Positions 17,003 through 24,761 of a stretch of 35,087 bases of DNA are shown piece by piece. This stretch comes from a virus (Duplodnaviria; Caudoviricetes), in IMG/VR virus record IMGVR_UViG_3300011337_000104, positions 1 to 35,087 of that record; one strand, written 5' to 3'. Positions within the stretch are counted from its first letter, which is position 1. Each line of letters opens with the position of its first letter. Below the pieces are notes generated by a model that did no database searches, had not been told where the DNA came from, and saw only the letters and a list, made by a program, of their open reading frames with translations. The position numbers and the translations under genes are program-made.

Positions 17003-17030
17003 ATTTTCCCACAATTTGACATTTGGTCAA
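17003..17030 (-). promoter_or_regulatory. putative promoter TTGACC-16-GAAAAT with TTGAC/GTCAA inverted repeat
   Basis: read directly; same -10 as the portal and scaffold promoters. Confidence 0.55.
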
Positions 17031-17434
17031 TCCTCCTCGAACTCGCGCTCTTCCCAGGCTTGGCAGGAGCGCAGATCGTGGCAGATGAAGTCGAATTTGT
17101 TGCAGTAGCCACGGAAGCCGGCGTCCACATCCCACTGGTTCCAGGGGATGCGGTCCATCTTGATCTGGGTCATGACCGAGTTGTCGTAATACTCGCAGTT
17201 GGAGCAGCGACGACGACGTGCCTCGGCCTCTTCCACCTGCATGGCCTTGGCCAGCGCCATCCAGTAGGGCTTGTTTGCGCCTCGCTCGTTGCTGGGATTT
17301 TCAGGTCCGAGCATCCAATCATCGATGACCATCTGGGTGTTTTCTCGGTTCTCGGCCGTAGTGATGAACGGCTCCTCGATGGGCAGGCCACCAAAGCCGG
17401 CCACCATCACTTTGGGCATTTTTGCGTAGTCCAT
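17027..17434 (-). CDS. Cys-rich protein with HiPIP-like motif
   Basis: CSNCEYY..GYCNKF..C....SCQAWE; AAGGAG RBS. Confidence 0.8.
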   Translation of the reverse strand: MDYAKMPKVMVAGFGGLPIEEPFITTAENRENTQMVIDDWMLGPENPSNERGANKPYWMALAKAMQVEEAEARRRRCSNCEYYDNSVMTQIKMDRIPWNQWDVDAGFRGYCNKFDFICHDLRSCQAWEEREFEED

Positions 17435-17444
17435 GTGGTTCTCC

Positions 17445-17780
17445 TTATGTGATCTCGCGGCCGCTGGCGCGAATGGTCAACGACGTGGCAGCGCTGGCGA
17501 TGGTGGAGATGAAGCCTCCAGGCTCCATTACCTGGCCCACCAGTTCCGGGAAAGTGTAGGTCTCATCTGGTGCAATCGCACGCGAATCGACGATCAAGTT
17601 GGTAACGCCAGCAGAGCCGCCACTGGTCACCAGGTTGACGCTGAATGTCACATTGTTGGCGCTGGTGTTGGTGGCAGTGAACTTGTCGATGATGGTCTTG
17701 CAGTTGACTGCCGTGTACTGCGTGGTCTGCAGGTTTTCTGCCTGCTTGGACGGAATCAAGGTTTTTACTAGGACGCTCAT
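17445..17780 (-). CDS. 111-aa virion protein (paralogue B)
   Basis: AAGGAG RBS; beta-rich; ends LTIRASGREIT. Confidence 0.8.
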   Translation of the reverse strand: MSVLVKTLIPSKQAENLQTTQYTAVNCKTIIDKFTATNTSANNVTFSVNLVTSGGSAGVTNLIVDSRAIAPDETYTFPELVGQVMEPGGFISTIASAATSLTIRASGREIT

Positions 17781-17789
17781 GGTTTCTCC

Positions 17790-18125
17790 TTAGATGGCTT
17801 CGGCACCGCTGGCCGTGATGGTCAGGCCAGCGCCTGCTGCTTGAACTTGGATGGTCTCGCCTGCGTTCATGACCTGCACACCGTTGTATTGCAGCGTGTT
17901 GTTGGCAGGCACTTGAACGTCGTACAGGAATGCGTTGCCTGTTCCTGCGACGCCAGCAGCAGGCACTAGGAACACGCGCACGTTGATGTTGCCTGCAGTG
18001 GTGTTGGCGATACTGAACTCTTTGAGCAGCGTGCGGGTGCTGGCCGGGACCGTGTATAGCGTGGTGACGCCGACAGTGATGGCCGCCTGGCCCAGCTTGG
18101 TTGGGGTAATTACATCGAAAGCCAT
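17790..18125 (-). CDS. 111-aa virion protein (paralogue A)
   Basis: beta-rich; ends LTITASGAEAI. Confidence 0.8.
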   Translation of the reverse strand: MAFDVITPTKLGQAAITVGVTTLYTVPASTRTLLKEFSIANTTAGNINVRVFLVPAAGVAGTGNAFLYDVQVPANNTLQYNGVQVMNAGETIQVQAAGAGLTITASGAEAI

Positions 18126-19126
18126 GTGAGCACCAGATTAGATTTGACAAACGCAGGGAGCGCCGATGCTGGTAGGGGGCCACTTTCCCAGCGCTGCTGG
18201 ACGCCATCGTAGACAAGAACGTCGTCGGTGGAAGGTGCAGGAGCGTATACGTCGGACAGTTGGCTGACCAGCGGCTCTGCCTGAACCCTGACAAAAACAG
18301 AGCCAGAGCCTCCAGACCCAGCGTTGACCACAGTCGCCACCACCACATGAGGCGTCGGTGCTGTAGGCAGATTCTTGGTCAAGCCACCAGCGAATGATGG
18401 GTTGTAGTACAGGATGTCGCCATCTGCCCAGACCTCGCCATACGGTGCGCCGGTCGTGTTGAAACCACGAACCAGACCGAAGCTGGCGACCAGTCCGAAA
18501 TCGTTCAGCGCAATGGACTCTGCAGCTACGCCCATGATGAGCTGGCCATTTGTCACGCCATTGGATGGTTTGCCCTTGAGCACCCCAGACGATCCGACAG
18601 CCCCGTCAAACATGACGAGCTGGCCTTTGGTGATTGCACCTGACGCCTTGATGTAGTAATACTGGGACTCGCCAATGGACTGGTTGACGTTTGGCGTCAT
18701 CTCCAGGTTTAGCGTGTAACCTCCATTCCAATGCATCCGTCCGACTTTGATGGCAGGCGCAGGCGCATTGGTGTTGAAGTCGATGTAGTCGGTGGCCACC
18801 AAGTTGTTGTTCTCGATTACCGGATCGGTTGCCAGCATCTCCAGCGCATTGGCGATGCGTCCAAGTGTGTCCAGCGCCTGCACAGCTTTCTGGTCGGCCG
18901 CGCCGCTGTTGATGGCCGCGTCTTGCGCCAACCTGACAATCTGCGCCAGCGCCTCGTTGGCCGCTGCGTCTGCATTGCCTGCCTGAATGCTGATGCCTTG
19001 CGTGTCGCTGGCAGGTGCGATCTCGTCGGCCAGCGCAAACAGATTCTCGAACTGCTTGATCTGCTCGTGGTTCTTGAGGAACGTGGCGAGCTGATCGCGC
19101 GTGAGGTTGAGCTTTTGCGTGGCCAT
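18110..19126 (-). CDS. tail needle-like protein (gp26 position) with extended C-terminal domain
   Basis: follows the gp10-like gene; N-terminal coiled coil, then Gly-rich beta domain. Confidence 0.7.
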   Translation of the reverse strand: MATQKLNLTRDQLATFLKNHEQIKQFENLFALADEIAPASDTQGISIQAGNADAAANEALAQIVRLAQDAAINSGAADQKAVQALDTLGRIANALEMLATDPVIENNNLVATDYIDFNTNAPAPAIKVGRMHWNGGYTLNLEMTPNVNQSIGESQYYYIKASGAITKGQLVMFDGAVGSSGVLKGKPSNGVTNGQLIMGVAAESIALNDFGLVASFGLVRGFNTTGAPYGEVWADGDILYYNPSFAGGLTKNLPTAPTPHVVVATVVNAGSGGSGSVFVRVQAEPLVSQLSDVYAPAPSTDDVLVYDGVQQRWESGPLPASALPAFVKSNLVLTWLSM

Positions 19127-20535
19127 CAGTACACCAGGCCTTCAATCTGTGCCTCAAGACGTGCGAATGCGATGTGCGAGTCGCTGTCGCCACGGAATCG
19201 CTGGATGCGCCAGTTGCGCATGTTGCCCTGCTGAAACCAGGCCAGGCGCTTCTTGGTGTTGCCAACAGTGCCGACGCGAATGAATCGCTCCTGGCTCCAC
19301 GACAGTCCGTCCAGCGAGTAGCTGGTGCTGATCTGCGGATTGACGCCAAGCGCCACGCGACCAGTCAGCGCCACCAGCTCCAGCTCGTGGAACAGCGCGC
19401 CGTTGCCTTCGTTGTAGACGATCAGCGTGCCGAATTCCCAGCGCACCTTCTGACCCCAGTGCATGCCAATGGTGTCTACCAGGTAGCCAATGTTGCTGGA
19501 CTGCGGATCGCCGACAAGCCACTTGTCATAGGCCCAGACCAGGTTGCGCGCACGGTATTGTGCAAAGCCGACCGTGGTGGTGGTCAGTGTGAACCAGACC
19601 ATCTCCCCCAGCTCTTGCGAGGCTGCACCGTCGTAGACCAACGTGCGGTCAGGCAGGTGGACGTACAGATGCTGATGGGACTTGTCATTGCGCGCTTCCA
19701 GCTTGGCCGTGGCCAGTTGGACCTCGGTGTAGTTCATCAGCAGCTCGTCGATCTCCTGCGTGCTGATCTTGGTGGCCGTGGCGTTTGCGCCCAGGTAAAT
19801 GCCTGGCTGCTCGTTGCGGCCGCTGCCAAGGAATGCCACTTGCTCCATGAAAACACAGCAGCCGAAAGTGCCGATGACGCCTTTCTGAATCTGCGCGCCG
19901 TCAATGCGCTGGAACGGGAAAAAGTCGCCGCCGACGTTGTCGAACACCTCGATGGTGTTGCGGTTGAGCGCATAAACCTCATTGCGCAGCTTGAGCAGCG
20001 CCACGACCGGGTCTGGATCGACCTCAGAGCTGCCGTATTTCAGCGGGTTGACCTGCAGCGGGTCTGATAGCTCGGTGATGATCAAATTTGTGCCATCGGT
20101 GGTCATGAAGTAGCCGTCCACCCAGCAGAAGTCGAGCACCACGCCGAGGTCTGGATCGGTCACCTGCACCAGGCCGATGGTGTTGTTCCAGTAGTACAGA
20201 CGGCCACCAGACGCGATGGCCAGGCGGTCGAAGCTGTAGTCCAGCGTAACCAGGGTGTTGACAGGGCCGCCAACATCTCCCAGGACGGTCACAGCCCCAT
20301 TGCTGGCCACGGTCACGAGCTTGGTGCCCATGACTCGGTAGCAGGTGCCATTCCAGTTGATGCCGCCACGGTCCACGCCTGGGCCGCTGCCGTTGGCCAC
20401 GATGCCATCGCCAGGACGCAGGAAGCCAGAGCTGATGCCGCTGTTCTTGGGCACCGGCACCATGTTGACCGGGTAGCTCGTGCGCAGGTCTGGACCGTTG
20501 TCGGTGTAGATGCCGTTCAGGATTGGTATCTGCAT
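19126..20535 (-). CDS. tail hub / DNA stabilisation protein (P22 gp10-like)
   Basis: 469 aa; YPVNMVP..GFLR..GI, GVDRG, DGYF, SSEVDPD motifs; synteny. Confidence 0.88.
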   Translation of the reverse strand: MQIPILNGIYTDNGPDLRTSYPVNMVPVPKNSGISSGFLRPGDGIVANGSGPGVDRGGINWNGTCYRVMGTKLVTVASNGAVTVLGDVGGPVNTLVTLDYSFDRLAIASGGRLYYWNNTIGLVQVTDPDLGVVLDFCWVDGYFMTTDGTNLIITELSDPLQVNPLKYGSSEVDPDPVVALLKLRNEVYALNRNTIEVFDNVGGDFFPFQRIDGAQIQKGVIGTFGCCVFMEQVAFLGSGRNEQPGIYLGANATATKISTQEIDELLMNYTEVQLATAKLEARNDKSHQHLYVHLPDRTLVYDGAASQELGEMVWFTLTTTTVGFAQYRARNLVWAYDKWLVGDPQSSNIGYLVDTIGMHWGQKVRWEFGTLIVYNEGNGALFHELELVALTGRVALGVNPQISTSYSLDGLSWSQERFIRVGTVGNTKKRLAWFQQGNMRNWRIQRFRGDSDSHIAFARLEAQIEGLVY

Positions 20536-20539
20536 GGCC

Positions 20540-20827
20540 TCACCACTTCACTTTGTCTGCCCAGTAGGCAGCGCTCATCTTGCCCTTGGCGATGTTGCCG
20601 GCGTGCCTGGCCTTGAATGACTCGCGCCGTGCCTTGTCGGCCTTGCTCTCGCCTTCGCGCTTTGGAGACCCAGAGACGCCCTGCTGGCCGAACCTGATCG
20701 TCTTGATCTGGTCGCCAGCTTTGGCCACGACGACGTGGCTCTTGGTCGGATGCGATGGCGTGCGCTTGGGCTTGTTGAAGCCCTCGACGCCAACGCGCTC
20801 CAGCCTGGGGTCTTTCTTGGTGGCCAT
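20540..20827 (-). CDS. small basic protein
   Basis: Lys/Arg-rich; IRFGQQG..RRESFKARH..SAAYWADKVKW. Confidence 0.8.
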   Translation of the reverse strand: MATKKDPRLERVGVEGFNKPKRTPSHPTKSHVVVAKAGDQIKTIRFGQQGVSGSPKREGESKADKARRESFKARHAGNIAKGKMSAAYWADKVKW

Positions 20828-20829
20828 GA

Positions 20830-21285
20830 TCAGGCGATCCGATACCAGGAGTTGGTGGCCTGCACGAATCGCATGCGGAAGAAGTCCTCAGCGCCCAGCG
20901 TGGTCGGGTCGCCATAGAGCTGCGACGCGCCATTGGCATTCAGCGTAAAAGCCGTGATCTGCTGCGTGGTCGTAATCAGCACCTCGGTTCCATCAGGCGT
21001 GCTGGTGTTCAGCGGCAGCGTGACAGCTCCAGTGGCCAGCGTGCCGGCCGGCTGGATCAGCATCCACTGCTGCTGAGCCACAGGCGTGGGCACCGGCAGA
21101 TTGAAGCCAGTGCCAGGCGTGTAGACGTTGGTGGCCAGCGTGGGGCTGGCAAAGGTCTGCTGGAAATACTGCAGCAACGCACCGATGGGCAGGCGTCGCG
21201 CGTCGCCGTTGTTCGGCGTGTAGACCGGAATCTGGTCGCCAGGTGATGCGACGAGAAGCAGCGGGAGTTGATTGATGTATGGCAT
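20830..21285 (-). CDS. putative virion protein
   Basis: AAGGA RBS; Thr-rich beta-type protein in the head-tail region. Confidence 0.78.
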   Translation of the reverse strand: MPYINQLPLLLVASPGDQIPVYTPNNGDARRLPIGALLQYFQQTFASPTLATNVYTPGTGFNLPVPTPVAQQQWMLIQPAGTLATGAVTLPLNTSTPDGTEVLITTTQQITAFTLNANGASQLYGDPTTLGAEDFFRMRFVQATNSWYRIA

Positions 21286-21297
21286 GACTGTGTCCTT

Positions 21298-21780
21298 TCA
21301 GTTGAACTGTAACGGTCCATCTGGGCCAGCTTCGACTGGACTGACAGGAGGACGCAGGAATGGGTTGTCGTACACGCGCCAGGGCTTGTTGCCAGCGCCG
21401 GACGGCATGGTGTTGGGGAACTGTTGCTCCAAAGGGAACGTGGCGCGCTGCATCAGCGTGTCGTAGCCCTGCTTGGCCGTGGCCTTGGTCTCGTTCATGA
21501 CCTGCTTGCCGTAGCTCGGCGCAAGTCGAATGGCCAGGCTGCAGATGATGGCCTCGTAGGCCGAGTCCGGCACGTTGGTCTGCTCGTCGATGCTGCCGTC
21601 CTGTGGGCTGACCGGGATCGGGTAGCCGAGCCGGATGCCTTTGCCGTTCCAGTCGGCCATCATGGCATCGAGACGCTGCCTGGCGGCCTCAAGCTGCTCG
21701 GGCTGCAGGTCGAATGCATAGGACGCAAGGCCGATCTCTGCGAGTGCAGCCTCAATGAATTGGCGCTTGCTGTAGCCCAT
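21298..21780 (-). CDS. head-to-tail adaptor (P22 gp4-like)
   Basis: LDAMMADW..GIRLGY, LAIRLAPSYG, MPSGAGNK motifs. Confidence 0.88.
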   Translation of the reverse strand: MGYSKRQFIEAALAEIGLASYAFDLQPEQLEAARQRLDAMMADWNGKGIRLGYPIPVSPQDGSIDEQTNVPDSAYEAIICSLAIRLAPSYGKQVMNETKATAKQGYDTLMQRATFPLEQQFPNTMPSGAGNKPWRVYDNPFLRPPVSPVEAGPDGPLQFN

Positions 21781-21781
21781 G

Positions 21782-22078
21782 TCAGCCTCCCTGCTGCAGT
21801 GCAGTGGCGATCAGGCCACTGAGCTTTTTGTCGGATGTCCGACCGTTGAATGGTATCCCCAGCTCGGTGGCTTTGGCTTCCAGCTCTTCGCGCGTCGGGG
21901 GTGCGTTTTCGTCTGGCACAACGGCCTCGACAGGCTCGGCAGCCTTGATCTTGGCATGGGCCTCAGCCTGCTCGCGCAGCAGCCGATGGTTGATGCCATC
22001 GATGGGCTTGGAAGGCTTGCGCTTCTTCACCGGCTTCTTGTTCTTGCGGTACTTGGGCGAGAGGATGTTCGTTTCCAT
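21782..22078 (-). CDS. basic protein with C-terminal HeH/LEM-like motif
   Basis: KKNKKPVKKRK; TREELEAKATELGIPFNGRTSDKKL. Confidence 0.7.
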   Translation of the reverse strand: METNILSPKYRKNKKPVKKRKPSKPIDGINHRLLREQAEAHAKIKAAEPVEAVVPDENAPPTREELEAKATELGIPFNGRTSDKKLSGLIATALQQGG

Positions 22079-22242
22079 CACTTGGCCTTCTTTGCGGTCT
22101 TGGCCGCAGCCTTGAAGGCTGCAGTGGTCGGTGCGCCCTTGGTGCCAGGCTTGCGCATGCGCTCAGGCGTCTTGCCTGCCGCCTTCTGGCGCTCGATGCG
22201 CTCGCGCTTGGCGTGGATGTTGGCGTACAAGCCGGCCTTCAT
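22078..22242 (-). CDS. 54-aa basic protein (not in the ORF track)
   Basis: MKAGLYANIHAKRERIERQKAAGKTPERMRKPGTKGAPTTAAFKAAAKTAKKAK; coupled at both ends. Confidence 0.78.
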   Translation of the reverse strand: MKAGLYANIHAKRERIERQKAAGKTPERMRKPGTKGAPTTAAFKAAAKTAKKAK

Positions 22243-22418
22243 TTCATGGCCTTCTTGGGCTTGGCTGGCGCTTTGCTGGGCTTGCCTGCGGCCTTGGCAG
22301 CAGTGCGCGCAGTGGACAACGCGACGGCCACGGCCTGCTTCTGGGGCATGCCCTTCTTCATCTCCTTGGAGATGTTCTTGCTGATGGACTTCTGCGAATA
22401 ACCCTTGGTCAACGGCAT
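22239..22418 (-). CDS. 59-aa basic protein (not in the ORF track)
   Basis: MPLTKGYSQKSISKNISKEMKKGMPQKQAVAVALSTAR...; AAGGAG RBS. Confidence 0.8.
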   Translation of the reverse strand: MPLTKGYSQKSISKNISKEMKKGMPQKQAVAVALSTARTAAKAAGKPSKAPAKPKKAMK

Positions 22419-22435
22419 GGTGCGCTCCTTGATGG

Positions 22436-22468
22436 TGAAAGAGAGAAGGGGCCGAAGCCCCTTCCCTC
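22436..22468 (-). terminator. intrinsic terminator after the coat gene (probably leaky)
   Basis: GAAGGGGC-UUCG-GCCCCUUC followed by UCUCUUUC. Confidence 0.8.
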
Positions 22469-22478
22469 AGCCTGCTGC

Positions 22479-23759
22479 TTACTGGTTGAACAACAAGATG
22501 CCGGACATCTCGGGGTTCTTGTTCACCACACCGAACAGCGTGTCGAGACGATACTTGATCGTCATGCTGTCGATGTCGTAGAACTTCTGCATCACCAGCT
22601 CGATGCCCTGGTCGGTGCTTGCGCGCATCACTGCGACACCAGCGTCCGAAGGCACGGCATAACGGCCAGGCAGAATCTCCAGCGAGTCACGCTGCCAGAA
22701 CACGTTCACCTGTGCGGTGTTGGCGTTCAGGAAGGTGATGGCTGCAGTGTTGGATGGCGTGGTGACTTCCACGTTCTTGTACTGCAGTTGAGCGTCGGTC
22801 GCAGGAGCCTGAGCGCCGATGATCGGGGGAGTGATCACCATCGTGGTGCCGTTGGTCACCGACACAACCCGGAAGGTCTTGAGCTGACCAGTGGACTGCT
22901 TGGTGATGTGATGCACCGCGAAGACGCCATCGATCTTGAAGGCATCGCCTGCAGCCACGCCGGCCGTGGAAGACACGGTGACGGACTGGAAGCGGTTGTC
23001 CACGTTGATCTGGCCGCCGACAGCGGTCGAGGTTGCCTGGGGCAGGTAGTTGGCCTGGGTGCCGGCACCACTGGTGTCAATGGTGATCGCACCGCCGCCA
23101 GCAGCAGCCGTCAGACGGTTGGCGTAGTCCATCTTGTAGGTGTCGAAGCCAGCGACCATGCCGACGTAGCTGCGCTCGTAGGCCTTGTCCGACTTGGCAT
23201 TGCCGAACGAACGAGCGCTGCCCACCAGGTTGCCGGCCAGACCGTTGTAGTCACGGCTGGACAGAGCCAGGAAGCGGTCGTAGTCAGGCACGCCCTGCTC
23301 GTTCATGATGGCGTCGCACAGGGCCACGTCGTCATAGTCACCAGCAGCAGCAGCGATGGGCACCACCAGCGAGCCGAGGTTCGCTGCAGCGCTCATGATG
23401 GCCACGTTGATGTCGGATGCGAGCTTCTGCTTGGCAGAGTCGCCCAGACGGCCTTCTTGCAGGGCATCACGCAGTTCGAGCGTGGTCATTTCCCAGGGCA
23501 CAGTCTTGCTGAAGCCCAGGGTCGCAGGCACGGCAAGCTGAGTCATGGCCTTGTAGCCAGAGATCGGGGTGCCAGGCGTGCTGTTGATCGACTGAGCGAT
23601 GTAAGGCTGGGGACGCCAGATGGTGTTGTTGGCACGTTCCATCATCGTCTGATCGGTGTTGTAGATCGCGACGTTGCGGGACAGAACCAGTGCGTCCTGG
23701 AAACCTTCCAGGAGGTCTTCGAACGCTACGCGCTCTTCTTTGGAAAAACTATTGGCCAT
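22479..23759 (-). CDS. major capsid protein (P22 gp5-like)
   Basis: MANSFSKEERVAFE, IWRPQPY, RLDTLFGVVNKNPEMSGI; 426 aa; follows the scaffold. Confidence 0.93.
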   Translation of the reverse strand: MANSFSKEERVAFEDLLEGFQDALVLSRNVAIYNTDQTMMERANNTIWRPQPYIAQSINSTPGTPISGYKAMTQLAVPATLGFSKTVPWEMTTLELRDALQEGRLGDSAKQKLASDINVAIMSAAANLGSLVVPIAAAAGDYDDVALCDAIMNEQGVPDYDRFLALSSRDYNGLAGNLVGSARSFGNAKSDKAYERSYVGMVAGFDTYKMDYANRLTAAAGGGAITIDTSGAGTQANYLPQATSTAVGGQINVDNRFQSVTVSSTAGVAAGDAFKIDGVFAVHHITKQSTGQLKTFRVVSVTNGTTMVITPPIIGAQAPATDAQLQYKNVEVTTPSNTAAITFLNANTAQVNVFWQRDSLEILPGRYAVPSDAGVAVMRASTDQGIELVMQKFYDIDSMTIKYRLDTLFGVVNKNPEMSGILLFNQ

Positions 23760-23779
23760 GATGGGCTCCTATTTCAAAA

Positions 23780-24676
23780 TCAGTTTTTGGATGCTGCGCG
23801 CTTCTGCGCTTTGTACTGGATGACTTTCGTCATGTTGCCAGTACGCGCGGCTTCTTCACGCAGCCGTTCAAGGGTTGAGTCCACCGCACCAGAGACTCGT
23901 CCAGTCCCCTGGATTACTCGCTCCGGTGCGGGTGCTGCCCTGCGGTTCGTCACTTTCAATTCCTTCTCCAGTTTCGCTACCGCAAAGGCAAACTTCACGG
24001 GGTCGTTGATCTTTGCGAGGTCTGCAGCCTTCTTCGGGTTCTTGCCGAGTGCGTAGATGACCAGTGCGGGATTGTCAGCTCCTTGCAAGATGACGCCTTG
24101 CTGGGTGACGTTGAAGACCTCCTGGGCAATCGCCTCGGCGTCTTCATAGTCGCGGACCTTCAGCTCGGCCTTGGCCTTGCTGTAGCCCTCCAGTTTGGCC
24201 TGCCAGGCTTGCTGTTGCGTCTGCTCGGCCTGGCGGACCCTCTCGGTCTCCAGATCGTGCTGGCGCTTGCGCTCATGCCAGGCATCCAGTGCTTGCTCGA
24301 ACCTGTCGGCGTCGTAGTCGAATTCCTCCAGCTTGGGCTTCGGACCCAGCGCGACCGGCTTGTTCTCAGTCTGCGCAGTTGTCTGCAGCTTGGCTTCGAG
24401 TTCTCGAATGCGTCGCTCTTTCTCGCGGTTGGCCTTACGCAGCTCACGCACCCATTCAGGCGCACGCTGCTCCTCTTCGGCGGGGGGCGCTTCCTCGCCA
24501 ATGGAGACGACCACCTCGTCGGACTCTTCCTCGTGCTGTTCGGTCTCGCCATCGGTCAGTTGGTCGCTGGCGGCATTGTTCTCACCAGCATCGATCTCAA
24601 CGTCCTGCGGCTCGTCCTCAAGCACCACGGTTTCGTCCACTTGGCTCTCGTCTACAACTACTGCCCTTTTGTTCAT
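23780..24676 (-). CDS. scaffolding protein (P22 gp8-like)
   Basis: acidic N-terminus, coiled coil, C-terminal LREEAARTGNMTKVIQYKAQKR coat-binding-like helix-turn-helix. Confidence 0.88.
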   Translation of the reverse strand: MNKRAVVVDESQVDETVVLEDEPQDVEIDAGENNAASDQLTDGETEQHEEESDEVVVSIGEEAPPAEEEQRAPEWVRELRKANREKERRIRELEAKLQTTAQTENKPVALGPKPKLEEFDYDADRFEQALDAWHERKRQHDLETERVRQAEQTQQQAWQAKLEGYSKAKAELKVRDYEDAEAIAQEVFNVTQQGVILQGADNPALVIYALGKNPKKAADLAKINDPVKFAFAVAKLEKELKVTNRRAAPAPERVIQGTGRVSGAVDSTLERLREEAARTGNMTKVIQYKAQKRAASKN

Positions 24677-24695
24677 TGGTTGACCCCATCAAACT

Positions 24696-24725
24696 CACCC
24701 ATTGACACGGCTGGGTGGTCGCCGT
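24696..24725 (-). ncRNA. H-type pseudoknot in the scaffold 5' leader (putative cis-regulatory RNA)
   Basis: ACGGC-gac-CACCCA-GCCGU-gucaa-UGGGUG: 5-bp S1 and 6-bp S2, all Watson-Crick. Confidence 0.65.
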
Positions 24726-24732
24726 TTCTCAC

Positions 24733-24761
24733 ATTTTCACGCATTCGGCGTCATCTGACAA
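24733..24761 (-). promoter_or_regulatory. putative promoter TTGTCA-17-GAAAAT upstream of scaffold
   Basis: read directly; shared motif class. Confidence 0.6.

Noticed and set aside
22131-24056. 641-aa + strand ORF, and similar long antisense ORFs (24715-26994, 12975-14420, 1589-3001)
   Set aside because: Shadow frames opposite well-supported genes, expected from high GC3; no RBS or motifs
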